This document shows, piece by piece, positions 1 through 10,009 of a DNA stretch of 64,000 bases; the first letter of the stretch is position 1; each line of letters opens with the position of its first letter. The stretch is taken from assembly GCA_026416585.1 (NCBI GenBank), contig JAOAEV010000109.1:12261-76260 (forward strand), read 5' to 3'. The notes under the pieces were generated by a model. The model saw nothing but the letters and a program-made list of their open reading frames with translations, was not told the DNA's origin and searched no databases. Source of the DNA: Chlorobiota bacterium (GTDB taxonomy: Bacteria; Bacteroidota; Ignavibacteria; Kapaibacteriales; NICIL-2). The position numbers and the translations under genes were made by a program.

Positions 1-1070
1 ATGGCATATCACTTGTTGCAACATGGCAGCAGACCAACACCTTAAAACTCTTCCGCACAACATCAGCATTTGGAGCTCTAGGCATTGCAATTAGTAGTAT
101 TCTGTATGCCATAGATGTAATTCGAGACTTCTCCTCGCTCGTTATCGTTGCAACCGCAATCGTTGCTCTCGCTATCAACATCGGGCACATCATCCGATTG
201 ATTCGAGGAAAAAAAATGTTTGCCCTTGGTGCGTTCTTATCACATGCGGGATTAGGGATTTTTTCGCTCGGTATTGTTGTTCTTGCATCGAAAGCTGAAA
301 CCAGCCATGTACGACTTGTAGAAGGGAAGACAGAAAACATACTCAACTATAACTTCACTCTTGAAGGGAAACAGCAGCTCGATACACACTTGACAGATCG
401 AGAAAAATACCGCTACCTGGTTGCTGTCGAAAAAAATGGAATTGTCCACTATGCTTATCCTGTCGTTTACTTCAGTGATTTCAACAGAAGGCAAGCACCA
501 TTTTTCGAACCTGGAATCCTTTCAACAATTGATGGCGATCTTTACATTGCACCGAAGGCTCTTGATATTGATGACGGCTCTACAGCAATAACGCTTTTCA
601 AACGACACCCTCAGTTTATCTCACTTGACACTAACTGGAGAATCGAATTAATTGCCTTTGACATGAGTCGTGCACAGCAGGGTATGATGTCCGGTCAACC
701 ACTTCCGCTTGGCGTTGCTATCCGTCTTCATTCTGCTGGAAGTAGCCAGCGCGATACAACGTTGTTCGCATATTTCGACGGACAGGCATTTACACCCGAA
801 GATACAGTTGTTATCGGGCAGTTTTCATTCTGGCTCGAAAACATCCGGAGGAACCAACGCGATCCAGATAGCTCGACAGCAACGGTGCGTGTAAAATCAA
901 ATAGCATACAATCACTGCAACCTCGCCAGGTGCTCATCACAGAAGTATCAAAAAAACCTATGATCAATCTTGTTTGGGTGGGTTTTCTTATCACACTTGT
1001 GGGGATGCTGTTCAGCACGATACGTGCATTTCGCGTGCGATCCAAACTCACCGCCCCTCAATCATCGTAG
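1..1070 (+). CDS. Membrane protein, C-terminal part of a CcmF-like cytochrome c-type biogenesis protein. It is partial: the frame is open to the window start.
   Basis: The reading frame has no stop from nt 3 to 1070. There are hydrophobic segments upstream of the ~250-aa soluble domain, then a final TM helix (LVWVGFLITLVGMLF) with a short tail, which resembles the CcmF C-terminus. I did not recognise a definitive motif. Confidence 0.4.
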   Translation, partial: GISLVATWQQTNTLKLFRTTSAFGALGIAISSILYAIDVIRDFSSLVIVATAIVALAINIGHIIRLIRGKKMFALGAFLSHAGLGIFSLGIVVLASKAETSHVRLVEGKTENILNYNFTLEGKQQLDTHLTDREKYRYLVAVEKNGIVHYAYPVVYFSDFNRRQAPFFEPGILSTIDGDLYIAPKALDIDDGSTAITLFKRHPQFISLDTNWRIELIAFDMSRAQQGMMSGQPLPLGVAIRLHSAGSSQRDTTLFAYFDGQAFTPEDTVVIGQFSFWLENIRRNQRDPDSSTATVRVKSNSIQSLQPRQVLITEVSKKPMINLVWVGFLITLVGMLFSTIRAFRVRSKLTAPQSS

Positions 1071-1129
1071 AGCGAGATATTCATCCTCTACTTTCCTGAG
1101 TATACTCAACTCATGCCGATTGCGGAGCA

Positions 1130-2230
1130 ATGTTCGTCGAGTTACTTGAGCTTCATAATGTTCGCTGCCACCGAGGTCTGCTCATCGAATTAAACCACTC
1201 ACCTGTACTATTGACTGGTTCCAATGGGGTAGGGAAAACAAGCATTCTTGAAGCAATCAACATTGCTGCGATGAGCAAATCATTTTTACCAGTCGAGGAT
1301 GCAGAGATCGTTACACATGGAGCAGAAGGATACTACATACGCGCCCACATACGGCATGATATTGGCTCCGAAATTGACATTGTAATTGAATATCAATGTT
1401 CAGGAACTAAGCGAATCTCAACCTCCGCCAGCGGAGCATGCTCCGCGCGAGATCTTATCGGCTTGCTGCCGTGTGTCGTTCTCCTGTCATCGCAACGTGA
1501 TCTGTTCATTGGCGAGCCAGCGCTCCGGCGTTTGTTCGTCGATAGAATACTGTCGCAATCCTACACATCGTACAAGCACGCTCTGTGGCGGATGAGAGCT
1601 GCACTGCGACAACGGAATCGTCTGCTCAGTATCGGGCAACATGGCGCCGAACTCGAAGCATGGACAGAAGAGTTGCTTGCATCCTCGATTGAATTAATAA
1701 CTCGACGTCGCTCATTCGTCCAACAATTCAATAGCATTCTCACCGATATCATAGCTACGTTCCTTCCAAGCACCTTGATTCCACAGATCGAATACAGTAT
1801 CCCTTGGTATCATCACGATAACCACCTTATTAGTGACGATCCTGGACAACTGGCTGATGCTCTTCGGCAGTACGTTCGTGAATTATTACCACGAGATATC
1901 GAACGCAGCTCGACACAGTGGGGACCACAACGCGATGTTTTTACATTTATGTTAGGTTCGAACCCACTCTATGCGGTTGCCTCACAAGGGCAGCAGAAAA
2001 TTGCTCTATTTGCAGTAAAGCTTGCCGAGACCTCCTACTTACACCGAATTACTGATAGAACACCGGTTCTGTTACTCGATGACGTCTTCTCCGATTTGGA
2101 CCGTACTAACGCACAACTCGTGGAGATGTCTATCCTTCAGATGAGCAATACCTGGCAGATATTTGTTACGGCTCCACATCGAGATATTATCAGCAGTGCA
2201 GAGACCTTTCAGATTGTTACACTGGGCTGA
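1130..2230 (+). CDS. recF: DNA replication and repair protein RecF
   Basis: It has an N-terminal Walker A motif (LTGSNGVGKTSILEAI) and a C-terminal Walker B motif (LLLDDVFSDLD). It is 366 aa, the typical RecF length, and is followed by a DUF721 gene as is usual. Confidence 0.85.
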   Translation: MFVELLELHNVRCHRGLLIELNHSPVLLTGSNGVGKTSILEAINIAAMSKSFLPVEDAEIVTHGAEGYYIRAHIRHDIGSEIDIVIEYQCSGTKRISTSASGACSARDLIGLLPCVVLLSSQRDLFIGEPALRRLFVDRILSQSYTSYKHALWRMRAALRQRNRLLSIGQHGAELEAWTEELLASSIELITRRRSFVQQFNSILTDIIATFLPSTLIPQIEYSIPWYHHDNHLISDDPGQLADALRQYVRELLPRDIERSSTQWGPQRDVFTFMLGSNPLYAVASQGQQKIALFAVKLAETSYLHRITDRTPVLLLDDVFSDLDRTNAQLVEMSILQMSNTWQIFVTAPHRDIISSAETFQIVTLG

Positions 2231-2244
2231 ACTCGCTTGACCAC

Positions 2245-2544
2245 TTGTTCCGTTGCATTTTTGCCGCAATGAAACCACTTTCACATTTTTTACAGACTCT
2301 TCTTACCCAACATGGGCTCGCTGAAAAACTTCAGCAGGCTCAGATACCCGAGTTGTTTCGTCAGCATGTTGGCACTACCGTCATGCGGCGTGTCGAGTCG
2401 GTTACATTTCACAATGGAGAGTTACTTGTGAAAGCCTCATCTGCACTATGGAGAATTGAATTGCGCATGCGCGCAGAAAACATTCGCCGAGCACTCAACC
2501 AGCAGCTGGGCAAAGAAACAATTCGCATCGTTACGATACTGTAA
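2245..2544 (+). CDS. DUF721 domain protein, the small gene that commonly follows recF
   Basis: It is about 100 aa, lies directly downstream of recF (14-nt gap), and shows the ALWRIELRMRAENIRRALN pattern typical of the DUF721 family. Confidence 0.55.
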   Translation: MFRCIFAAMKPLSHFLQTLLTQHGLAEKLQQAQIPELFRQHVGTTVMRRVESVTFHNGELLVKASSALWRIELRMRAENIRRALNQQLGKETIRIVTIL

Positions 2545-2559
2545 ATCTACACTTTTGTT

Positions 2560-3753
2560 TTACAACGAGCGGAGTACGTAAATGCGCCCCATAACCGGAT
2601 CAGTGGCAGTATGAGCTAATATTTGCTCGACCTGTTCTGGGCTCAGTTGGGTTCCTCGTGCCGCGAGTTTATGCCCAGACATTGTAACGATGTCCCTCCC
2701 AAGTACCATTCCAGCAGATAGACTCTCTACACGGAGTGGTACCATGTCGTTCGATTCTGGAAAGTCATTGCACGTTACATACTCCTCCAAAAGAAGGACC
2801 ACACGTTGATCGTACAACCGCCGTGATTGCTGCTGGATGATACTCAGGGCATCGACGGAACGTATGCCATCACGAAAGAGCATCTCTGCATAATCAACGA
2901 CAGTACGAAGTATTCGGGCACCCAGCGGAATATGCCAACCCTGGCTGCGATGAGGAAAACCAGTTCCATCGAAGTTTTCATACATCGTTAGCAGAATCAA
3001 CCGCGTCTGCGGATAGTCTGCCAAATGGTCAAGTAGTTCGCTAGCAATCGTAGGTACTGTCGCAGCAACTGTTGATGTTGGGATACCATCGGTATGAATC
3101 GGTGCATAAAGATAGACACCCTCGAGTACCACACGCCCAATTGCATAAAATCGAACGGCTAAATCGAGCTGATGTTGGTCTGTTGTCTTTGCATTGAGGT
3201 TCACTTCAAGACGGTTGAGTATCCACTGAACCGCCGGGCGCGCGAATTGAACAACAGCAGTGTATTCTGGAATTCTTCTCGCTTGAAGACGCTCGATAAT
3301 GCATACGAACTGCTCAGTGCGCTGCTCCAAATCCGAATACCGACCTTCAAGCTCATGTACTATTCGTTCAAGCCGTGCGTTATTGCATAGAATCTTCAGT
3401 ACACTCCGCACAAGATAATAGGTCGAACGCACAAACTCGATCTTGAATGCGAGATCATAACCCGCAGTGTAGGCAGCGTGCAACTGTTGATTGTCGTGAA
3501 CGATGGCAATGATAAAAATCGAGTGTCCGTGCCCAATACGACGCAACAACCGCGGAAATAAATCCGCTGAGATGTAATCTGTTTCCCAATCGACAATGAG
3601 ACAATTTACTGGTGTCGTCGAAAGCAGCTGCCCTAATTCGATTTCATTTTTTGCAGTGATAACATTCGTATCCTCACCGGCGTGAAGGACAATTTGCTCG
3701 AACAAGTTGCTGTGTGTATCGGGTGCAACGATAAGGACAACAAAGCTGTCCAT
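2560..3753 (-). CDS. Two-domain signalling protein with a receiver-like N-terminus and a degenerate HD-GYP-like C-terminus
   Basis: The C-terminal half has YENFDGTGFP where the HD-GYP consensus is HHExxDGxGYP, followed by IPLGARILRTVVDYAEMLF. The upstream HD dyad position reads YA (FYAIGRVV). The N-terminus is REC-like (LIVAPD...CLIVDWETD...AFKIEF). It sits 5 nt downstream of motB. Confidence 0.6.
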   Translation of the reverse strand: MDSFVVLIVAPDTHSNLFEQIVLHAGEDTNVITAKNEIELGQLLSTTPVNCLIVDWETDYISADLFPRLLRRIGHGHSIFIIAIVHDNQQLHAAYTAGYDLAFKIEFVRSTYYLVRSVLKILCNNARLERIVHELEGRYSDLEQRTEQFVCIIERLQARRIPEYTAVVQFARPAVQWILNRLEVNLNAKTTDQHQLDLAVRFYAIGRVVLEGVYLYAPIHTDGIPTSTVAATVPTIASELLDHLADYPQTRLILLTMYENFDGTGFPHRSQGWHIPLGARILRTVVDYAEMLFRDGIRSVDALSIIQQQSRRLYDQRVVLLLEEYVTCNDFPESNDMVPLRVESLSAGMVLGRDIVTMSGHKLAARGTQLSPEQVEQILAHTATDPVMGRIYVLRSL

Positions 3754-3758
3754 TTTCT

Positions 3759-4676
3759 TTATTGGGACTGAGATTGGTATCGCCGGAGAAAGTCTTCTGT
3801 GCTGAAGTTCGCAACGAGAATACTGACTCGCCGGTTGACGTAGTCAAATGGGTTGAGGGGATTTTTTGGTCTCCGATCAGCGTAGCCATAAACGCCACTA
3901 ATGCGTGCTGGCTGTACACCGTTTGCTTCAAGAACGCGCCGCGCACTATTTGCACGCTCAGCGGACAGCTCCCAGTTGGTATAACCTCTATCGTTCGGAT
4001 ATTGACGGCTATCGGTGTGCCCCTCGAGCACGATCGGATTGGGCAATTCTTTTAGTAGCGGAGAGATCGAACGCAACAGCCGTATCGCTGCTGGACGGAG
4101 ACGAGCACTGCCAACTTCGAAAAAGACGCTCTCTTTCTTCTCCAACAGCTCGATCCGTAACCCTTCAGGCGATAGTGTCAGCTCGACATTCTGCAATAGT
4201 TCTCGGAGGTCGGCTTGGTGCGACATTTCCTGAAGTCTTTGTTTGATCTCCTCAGCTGCTTTGGCCAGTTTTTGCGCTGCCGTTACGCTATCGGCAATTG
4301 CACGCTCGCGCAGATGTTGTGAGAGTGTATCGAGTAACATCTTCTCCCATCGTTTTTGCGATTCAATGTATGAATTCTCTTGCCCAGGATCGTTACCTTT
4401 TGTGCCATAACTTCCTGCGCTCAACTGCTGATCAATCGGAATTTTTTTTCCTGTCAAAAAGCTGAACAATCCAGGGTCACGGAAAAAACTTGCGATGCGT
4501 TGACGATTATCGGGACTAAGACCCAAAATCCACATCACAAGAAAAAATGCCATCATCGCGGTGACAAAGTCAGCATATGCAACTTTCCACGCACCGCCAT
4601 GATGTCCATGGTGATCGGACGATGTTTTTTTCTTGATGATAACAGGTTGACCGTTATCTGCCATAGTTCCAATCAC
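3759..4676 (-). CDS. motB: Flagellar motor stator protein MotB (OmpA-like C-terminal domain)
   Basis: The N-terminus carries the classic MotB signature (GGAWKVAYADFVTAMMAFFLVMW) on a single TM helix. The C-terminal OmpA-like peptidoglycan-binding domain has GHTDSRQY...NRRVSILV. It overlaps motA by 4 nt. Confidence 0.8.
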   Translation of the reverse strand: MIGTMADNGQPVIIKKKTSSDHHGHHGGAWKVAYADFVTAMMAFFLVMWILGLSPDNRQRIASFFRDPGLFSFLTGKKIPIDQQLSAGSYGTKGNDPGQENSYIESQKRWEKMLLDTLSQHLRERAIADSVTAAQKLAKAAEEIKQRLQEMSHQADLRELLQNVELTLSPEGLRIELLEKKESVFFEVGSARLRPAAIRLLRSISPLLKELPNPIVLEGHTDSRQYPNDRGYTNWELSAERANSARRVLEANGVQPARISGVYGYADRRPKNPLNPFDYVNRRVSILVANFSTEDFLRRYQSQSQ

Positions 4677-5527
4677 CGAACTGATTTCACTGCTTCTTCA
4701 GTCTCTTGGAAGGACGGGCGCTCATGTGGCTCGATTGCACGCCGGCCATACTCAATCGCTACGACGGCAGGCACCCCACGAGCAAACGCCAGCACCGCGG
4801 CTTTCATACATACAAGAAAATGATGCTCTGCACGCGCAGCATTTTCCAAGTTTTTTGCCAACGGACCGACAAATCCATACGATAGCAAGACACCCAAAAA
4901 CGTACCAACCAGTGCTGCAGCGACACTGTGTCCGATTACCTCGGGTGGCTGATCAATTTTGCCCATCGTGATCACCACACCAAGTACAGCTGCGACGATC
5001 CCTAAACCTGGAAACGAGTCAGCAACAGTTGCAAGAGCTGTTGGAGGTTTGAGCATTTCATGTTGGGCTGCTTCGAGATCGATGTCCATAAGTTCTTCCA
5101 AGTCGTGCGCTGGTATGCCGCCATTGAGCAACACCTTCATGGTGTCGCACAGAAATGCAACAGCATGATGATTGGCTAAGATCGTTGGATACTTAGAAAA
5201 AATCGCTGAGCTCTCTGGATTTTCAACATGTGGCTCCAGAGCAATCAATCCATCCCGCTTTGCAAGCTGAAACAGCTCATAGAGCAGTTTGAGTAGATCG
5301 AGATAAGTCTCCTTACTGATCTTTGAACCCTTGAGTGAACCGAGCATACCCTTGATAATACCGATGGTCGTCGAAAGAGGATTAGCAATAAGCAATCCTC
5401 CAACTGCTGCGCCACCAATGATCAGAAATTCTGTCGGTTGCCACAGGAGGATAACTTGCCCTTCGTGCATCGTATAGCCAAGAAGGACACAAGTAATTAC
5501 GACAACAATGCCAATGATGACAAACAT
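4673..5527 (-). CDS. motA: Flagellar motor stator protein MotA
   Basis: It is a four-TM MotA/TolQ/ExbB-family protein (MFVIIGIVVVITCVLLGY...) of 284 aa, immediately upstream of and overlapping motB. Confidence 0.8.
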   Translation of the reverse strand: MFVIIGIVVVITCVLLGYTMHEGQVILLWQPTEFLIIGGAAVGGLLIANPLSTTIGIIKGMLGSLKGSKISKETYLDLLKLLYELFQLAKRDGLIALEPHVENPESSAIFSKYPTILANHHAVAFLCDTMKVLLNGGIPAHDLEELMDIDLEAAQHEMLKPPTALATVADSFPGLGIVAAVLGVVITMGKIDQPPEVIGHSVAAALVGTFLGVLLSYGFVGPLAKNLENAARAEHHFLVCMKAAVLAFARGVPAVVAIEYGRRAIEPHERPSFQETEEAVKSVR

Positions 5528-5581
5528 ATTCGCCGCGTGCGATTGTGGCTGACCTTCGGTACAAGTGCTGTTTTAGCGTAG

Positions 5582-7101
5582 TTAACGCTCGAGCCGCTTG
5601 AGCAAATAGATACGCTGATGATCCAGCTCGTAGGCTTTCATCCAGCACTTGCGAGCGTCTTCGACTCGACCGAGACTATTGTAATTATCGCCCAAGTGCT
5701 CAAAAAGTGTAGCTGAAGGTTCCTGCGCAGACTCAACGGCTCGTTGGAGATACTCAAGTGCCTCCTGATATCGCCCCATACGATGGAGAACCCAGCCGTA
5801 GGTATCGAGGTACGATGCATTGCTGCTATCGGCACGGAGCGCCCGCTCGGCAAGTTCTAACGCATAGAAAAGCTGTGTCCCTTGCTGGGCGAGAATGTAC
5901 GCCAAATTGTTTGCTGCAGCAACATTGTTTGGATCGGCGAACACAAGTCGTTGGTACAGATCGATCGCGCGTGCTCTTTGACCCAACGAGTCAGCTCGAT
6001 ATGCTACGTAAAAGAGAATGGTAGGATCGGTACTATCGCGTTCAAACGCGACGGTTAGCAGCGAATCGAGCACCGATGGAGCCATACCACCGTAGTACCG
6101 ACCGAGCACGTAGCGCGCAAGCGCCACCCACAGATCATCGAAACGACGCTCCCGTGTGTCAAGAAGCCCAAAGGCCAACGGAACATCACCCCACTGGCAC
6201 ATAAGACTTAATCCTGCCAAGGCATGATTTCTTCGTAGTTGGGGCTGTGAAAACGCGTGCGCAATCAGTTGGTGAGCATAATCAAACCGATGGCGCAGTA
6301 CAAAGTGGTGGGCAAGAAGGATGGTATGCGCACACGAAAGGTCCTGGCGTCCAAGAAGGAATCGCGCAGTTTCAATGAGCACAGTGGTCGGCGTGTGTTC
6401 ATCGACAAATTCCAACCACTGTGAGATTGTAGTACCAACATCCGCTGTCGTCATGTGATACATTGCGTATCGCACATAGAGCCACGCTGAGTCCCACCTC
6501 TGCCTTTGCAGGTAAAGCGAGGAAAGATCTAACGCAAGTTCCACTCTATCAGGGTACTCGAAGAGCAAATCACGCATCAGCCGTAATGCTTGAAGTGTAT
6601 CCCGGTACTGCAAACACAATTCGATCAAATCCCTGGCAACCTCCTCAATGGGAACTTCTTGAACGATCTGACGCAGCAGCTCGATTGCACGTGCGGTATC
6701 GAGAGAGCGAACAAAATACGCAGCCCGAAGGCGGTCCGATAGGGTTGAATGCCGTTCCATTGCTCGAAGTGCATACCACGCAGCTCGCTGTGGTTGTCGA
6801 ACTGCATATGCATCGGCAAGAACGCCGTATCCTTCTGCAAGCGAACTGTCAATCGAGAGAGCACGCTCAGCAGCAGCAATAGAGCTATCAATGTCTCCGC
6901 GCTCCAGATAGGCCTGGGCAAGAAGAATCCATAAATCCGGACACAAGGAATCGAGTGTCAATGCGTGGAGATATTCTTCTCGCGCCTTGTTTACGTATCC
7001 GGCAGAACGGTAAGCTGCTGCTCGGACAACGAACGAGGCAATATCTGAGCGATAGAGGCAAGGATGGCTCTCATTCGATGCGTAGAGGGGGGGTAGCATA
7101 T
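5582..7101 (-). CDS. Tetratricopeptide-repeat (TPR) protein. The start is uncertain and I trimmed it to Met94 of the track ORF.
   Basis: TPR-like helical pairs recur throughout (AYLERGDIDSSIAAAERALSIDSSLAEGYGVLADAY, LGRVEDARKCWMKAYELD). The first 68 codons of the track ORF overlap rpmB out of frame, so an internal start after the hydrophobic segment is more likely. Confidence 0.6.
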
Positions 7102-7173
7102 CAAGTATAGTGGTGAATAAGAATGCCACTCCGTAGAGGAGTGGCACCCACCGTTCTTGATACGAACGAATGC

Positions 7174-7389
7174 TCACCGCTCGTTTAGCATTGCCGACAG
7201 ACCTTTTTTTGTAACGGTTTTGATCGCACGAGCTGTCAGCCGAACACGTACAAAGCGTTTGTTCTCTTCGTCCCAAATACGCTTGTATTGTAAGTTCGGA
7301 AGAAAACGCCGCCGCCGTTTGTTGTTGGCATGTGAAACGTGATTGCCATACAATACCGTTGTGCCAGTCAACTGACATCGTTTAGACAT
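7174..7389 (-). CDS. rpmB: 50S ribosomal protein L28
   Basis: MSKRCQLTGTTVLYGNHVSHANNKRRRRFLPNLQ is the canonical L28 sequence. There is a GGAGG motif about 5 nt upstream of the MSKR start. I chose the start at MSKR rather than the longer track ORF. Confidence 0.85.
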   Translation of the reverse strand: MSKRCQLTGTTVLYGNHVSHANNKRRRRFLPNLQYKRIWDEENKRFVRVRLTARAIKTVTKKGLSAMLNER

Positions 7390-7403
7390 AGTGCCTCCAG
7401 AAG

Positions 7404-9269
7404 ATGGTTGCACAAAAATACGCCACAAAACCTACTATCAAGTATTTGCCACCAAAACTATGGCTTCTGAGTGGCTGCATTACAATCGGTTGGCTTGTTT
7501 CTAATGCAGTAGAAGTACAGGTAGGTGAATTTCTTCCAATCGCCGCGCTTGTGCTGTGCACCTGCTTGGCTTCGATTTACCTTAATCTGAGCGCGAATTG
7601 GTGCAGTTTCCTTGCCATGGTAACAATCGGAATCGGTTTGGGAGCACGCTACCAACAGAACATCTTACCATTCACCAGTAAGGGAACATCAATGCCCGCA
7701 TGGATAGATATCACCATCGAAGAAGTCATTCACACATCCGATCGCTACTTCTCATGTATCGCTATCGGGATGATTGATCCAAAGTACGCAGAACCTCGCA
7801 ATGGCATCCGGCTTTTGCTGCGGAGTTCGTCCCTATTGACAAAACCCGAATCCGGTGATCGCCTTGTTGGGACAGTTGAACTACGCCTACCACAGCGTGC
7901 AATCCTACCGGGAACTTTTTCCGAATGGCACTACTGCGTCTCTCACAAAATCACACTCGTCGCTCGCGCAGTATCCGATATCGCAGTATTTCCCGATTCT
8001 AATCGCTCTCACGATGTACTCTGGGTAGTTCAGCAATCACTTACCAATCTTGTACAGAGGGTCTTTGAAAGTGATAACGCCCGACGGCTTGCTGAGGCAA
8101 TGGTTCTTGGTCGTAGGGAACGGCTCGGAAGGCTCGATCGCGAACTATTCAGTATCACTGGCACTGCACACGTGCTCTCTGTCAGCGGTTTTCATGTTGG
8201 GGTCATTACTACAATCGTATTGCTCCTTACAGCACCTATTGGGCAGCGACGTACACTACGTTACACTATCATTCTGGCCATTACATGGCTTTACGTAGCA
8301 GGAACGGGAGCTGCGTCCCCATCGGTACGAGCAGGAACAATGGCGACGATAGCGATGGCTGCATTATATCTCCAACGATGGTTATCCGCACTGCATATTC
8401 TATGGCTTGCTGCTGTAGTAATGCTGATTATTGAGCCAGTGTTGATACTCTCTGTAGCATTCCATCTTTCGGTTATGGCAGTTGCTGGGATTATTGTTTT
8501 CGGCAAATCTGCAGTCGAGCTTGCGGCACCATTCAAGCTACATGCAGTTGCACGGTGGATACTCGCACTGTTGGTAACAACGATCGGTGCCACATTAGCC
8601 ACCGCACCAATTCTTGCCATACATTTCGGTGTTATTCCCCTGGTCGGGATTATAGCAAATCTTATTACCGTTCCGCTTGCAACCGTATTTATTATCACGA
8701 CAATTGTTGCAATGGGAGTGGAATCCATCGTCCCGAGTTGGGGAATGTTTTATGGCAGACTTGGCCAAGTTGTATCCGATACGATGCTATCAGTGCTGCA
8801 CTATTGTGCAGAATCACAATCGCTTACTTTGCGTGGACAACACTTTGTCTATACATCAATCGTTGCGGTTGTGCTATCTGTGTATATCCTCCGAGCCAGA
8901 GATGTTCGTGCCGCACTGTTCCGGACTGGCATTTCGGCAATAGCGGTTGTTTTGACAGCATTTACTGTACAGTGGTTTGTGCTGTCTCAACCACTTGACG
9001 TCACTTCGCCTCACTACCGCATGCGTATCATCCGAAATGCTGGCGCCAATGCGATCGTTGTTGCCGCAACACCTGATACGCAAGTGGAATGGATGTCACC
9101 GATTCGGTCGGTAGCACAGTATTGCCGCACATATAATCTGCGCCACGTGTATGTTGTAACCGATAACAGCAGGACTTTCGAGCAATGGTCCAGATATTCT
9201 AAGCGTTTAGGGCTCTCATCCATGACTATCGTGCACGATTCTACAACCGTAGCGGCACTACTTCGATGA
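7404..9269 (+). CDS. comEC: ComEC/Rec2-family DNA-uptake channel protein with a degenerate or absent metallo-beta-lactamase domain
   Basis: The competence-domain signature LSVSGFHVGV is present, with many TM helices. The C-terminal region lacks an HxHxDH motif. Confidence 0.75.
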   Translation: MVAQKYATKPTIKYLPPKLWLLSGCITIGWLVSNAVEVQVGEFLPIAALVLCTCLASIYLNLSANWCSFLAMVTIGIGLGARYQQNILPFTSKGTSMPAWIDITIEEVIHTSDRYFSCIAIGMIDPKYAEPRNGIRLLLRSSSLLTKPESGDRLVGTVELRLPQRAILPGTFSEWHYCVSHKITLVARAVSDIAVFPDSNRSHDVLWVVQQSLTNLVQRVFESDNARRLAEAMVLGRRERLGRLDRELFSITGTAHVLSVSGFHVGVITTIVLLLTAPIGQRRTLRYTIILAITWLYVAGTGAASPSVRAGTMATIAMAALYLQRWLSALHILWLAAVVMLIIEPVLILSVAFHLSVMAVAGIIVFGKSAVELAAPFKLHAVARWILALLVTTIGATLATAPILAIHFGVIPLVGIIANLITVPLATVFIITTIVAMGVESIVPSWGMFYGRLGQVVSDTMLSVLHYCAESQSLTLRGQHFVYTSIVAVVLSVYILRARDVRAALFRTGISAIAVVLTAFTVQWFVLSQPLDVTSPHYRMRIIRNAGANAIVVAATPDTQVEWMSPIRSVAQYCRTYNLRHVYVVTDNSRTFEQWSRYSKRLGLSSMTIVHDSTTVAALLR

Positions 9270-10009
9270 TGAAAAGGCAACTCGATCTTCTACAGTACCG
9301 CGATAGAAATGTAATCTATGGCATCACTCTTCGCAATGCAGGACATTGGACGCCGTATGGATGGACACTCCATCCGGTGGGAGCTATCGCAGATAACGAT
9401 GTAGTATCATGCCGCCGTGGGCTGGCGGACGTCATCGGCATTGACATTTCCCGCATGATTATTCCCCAGCAAGTCCATGGTACAACGATTGCCGATGTGA
9501 CAAGTAGTGATGTAGGTCGCCCCTTCACAGCAGATGGTATCGTGACGTCAGAACGAAATCTTCTGCTGTGTATATCAGTCGCTGATTGCTGTGGCGTTGT
9601 GATCTGGGATGTCAAGCAACAGCTCATTGCGGCGGTGCATTCCGGTTGGCGGGGGACAGCCGCAAACATAGTCGGTCAGTGCATAGCACACATCGTCGAA
9701 CGTTATCATATTACTCCCAGTCAACTGCATGCATGGCTTTCGCCGTGCGCATCCAGGCAGCAGTACACTGTCCGTGAGGATGTTGCATCTTTTCTGCCTG
9801 ATTTTGCCCATCCAATCGGCGGGGACGAGTTTCTTCTGGACATCCCAGGTGCTATCACATCCCAGCTTTGTGCAGCCGGCATCGAACCATCGCATATTGC
9901 TGCATCAGGTCTTTGTACCATCAGCGACGACCGGTTCCACTCGTATCGCCGCGATCGAGAACACTCCGGTAGAATGGCAGTCTTTACCGCGATTGTCGGA
10001 TCGGAATAA
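9266..10009 (+). CDS. pgeF: Peptidoglycan editing factor PgeF / YfiH (DUF152, purine nucleoside phosphorylase LACC1 family)
   Basis: QVHGTTI, the Cys/His cluster (CISVADCCGVVIWD) and HSGWRGT are characteristic of YfiH. Confidence 0.8.
   Translation: MMKRQLDLLQYRDRNVIYGITLRNAGHWTPYGWTLHPVGAIADNDVVSCRRGLADVIGIDISRMIIPQQVHGTTIADVTSSDVGRPFTADGIVTSERNLLLCISVADCCGVVIWDVKQQLIAAVHSGWRGTAANIVGQCIAHIVERYHITPSQLHAWLSPCASRQQYTVREDVASFLPDFAHPIGGDEFLLDIPGAITSQLCAAGIEPSHIAASGLCTISDDRFHSYRRDREHSGRMAVFTAIVGSE

Noticed and set aside
7174-7378. 5' extension of the TPR ORF overlapping rpmB out of frame
   Set aside because: L28 is unambiguous. The first 68 codons of the TPR ORF are more likely untranslated, so an internal start was chosen.
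8291-8998. 145-aa minus-strand and 147-aa plus-strand ORFs inside comEC
   Set aside because: They are alternative frames of the comEC coding region, which has strong TM and signature support. Both are biased and Cys-rich with no motifs.
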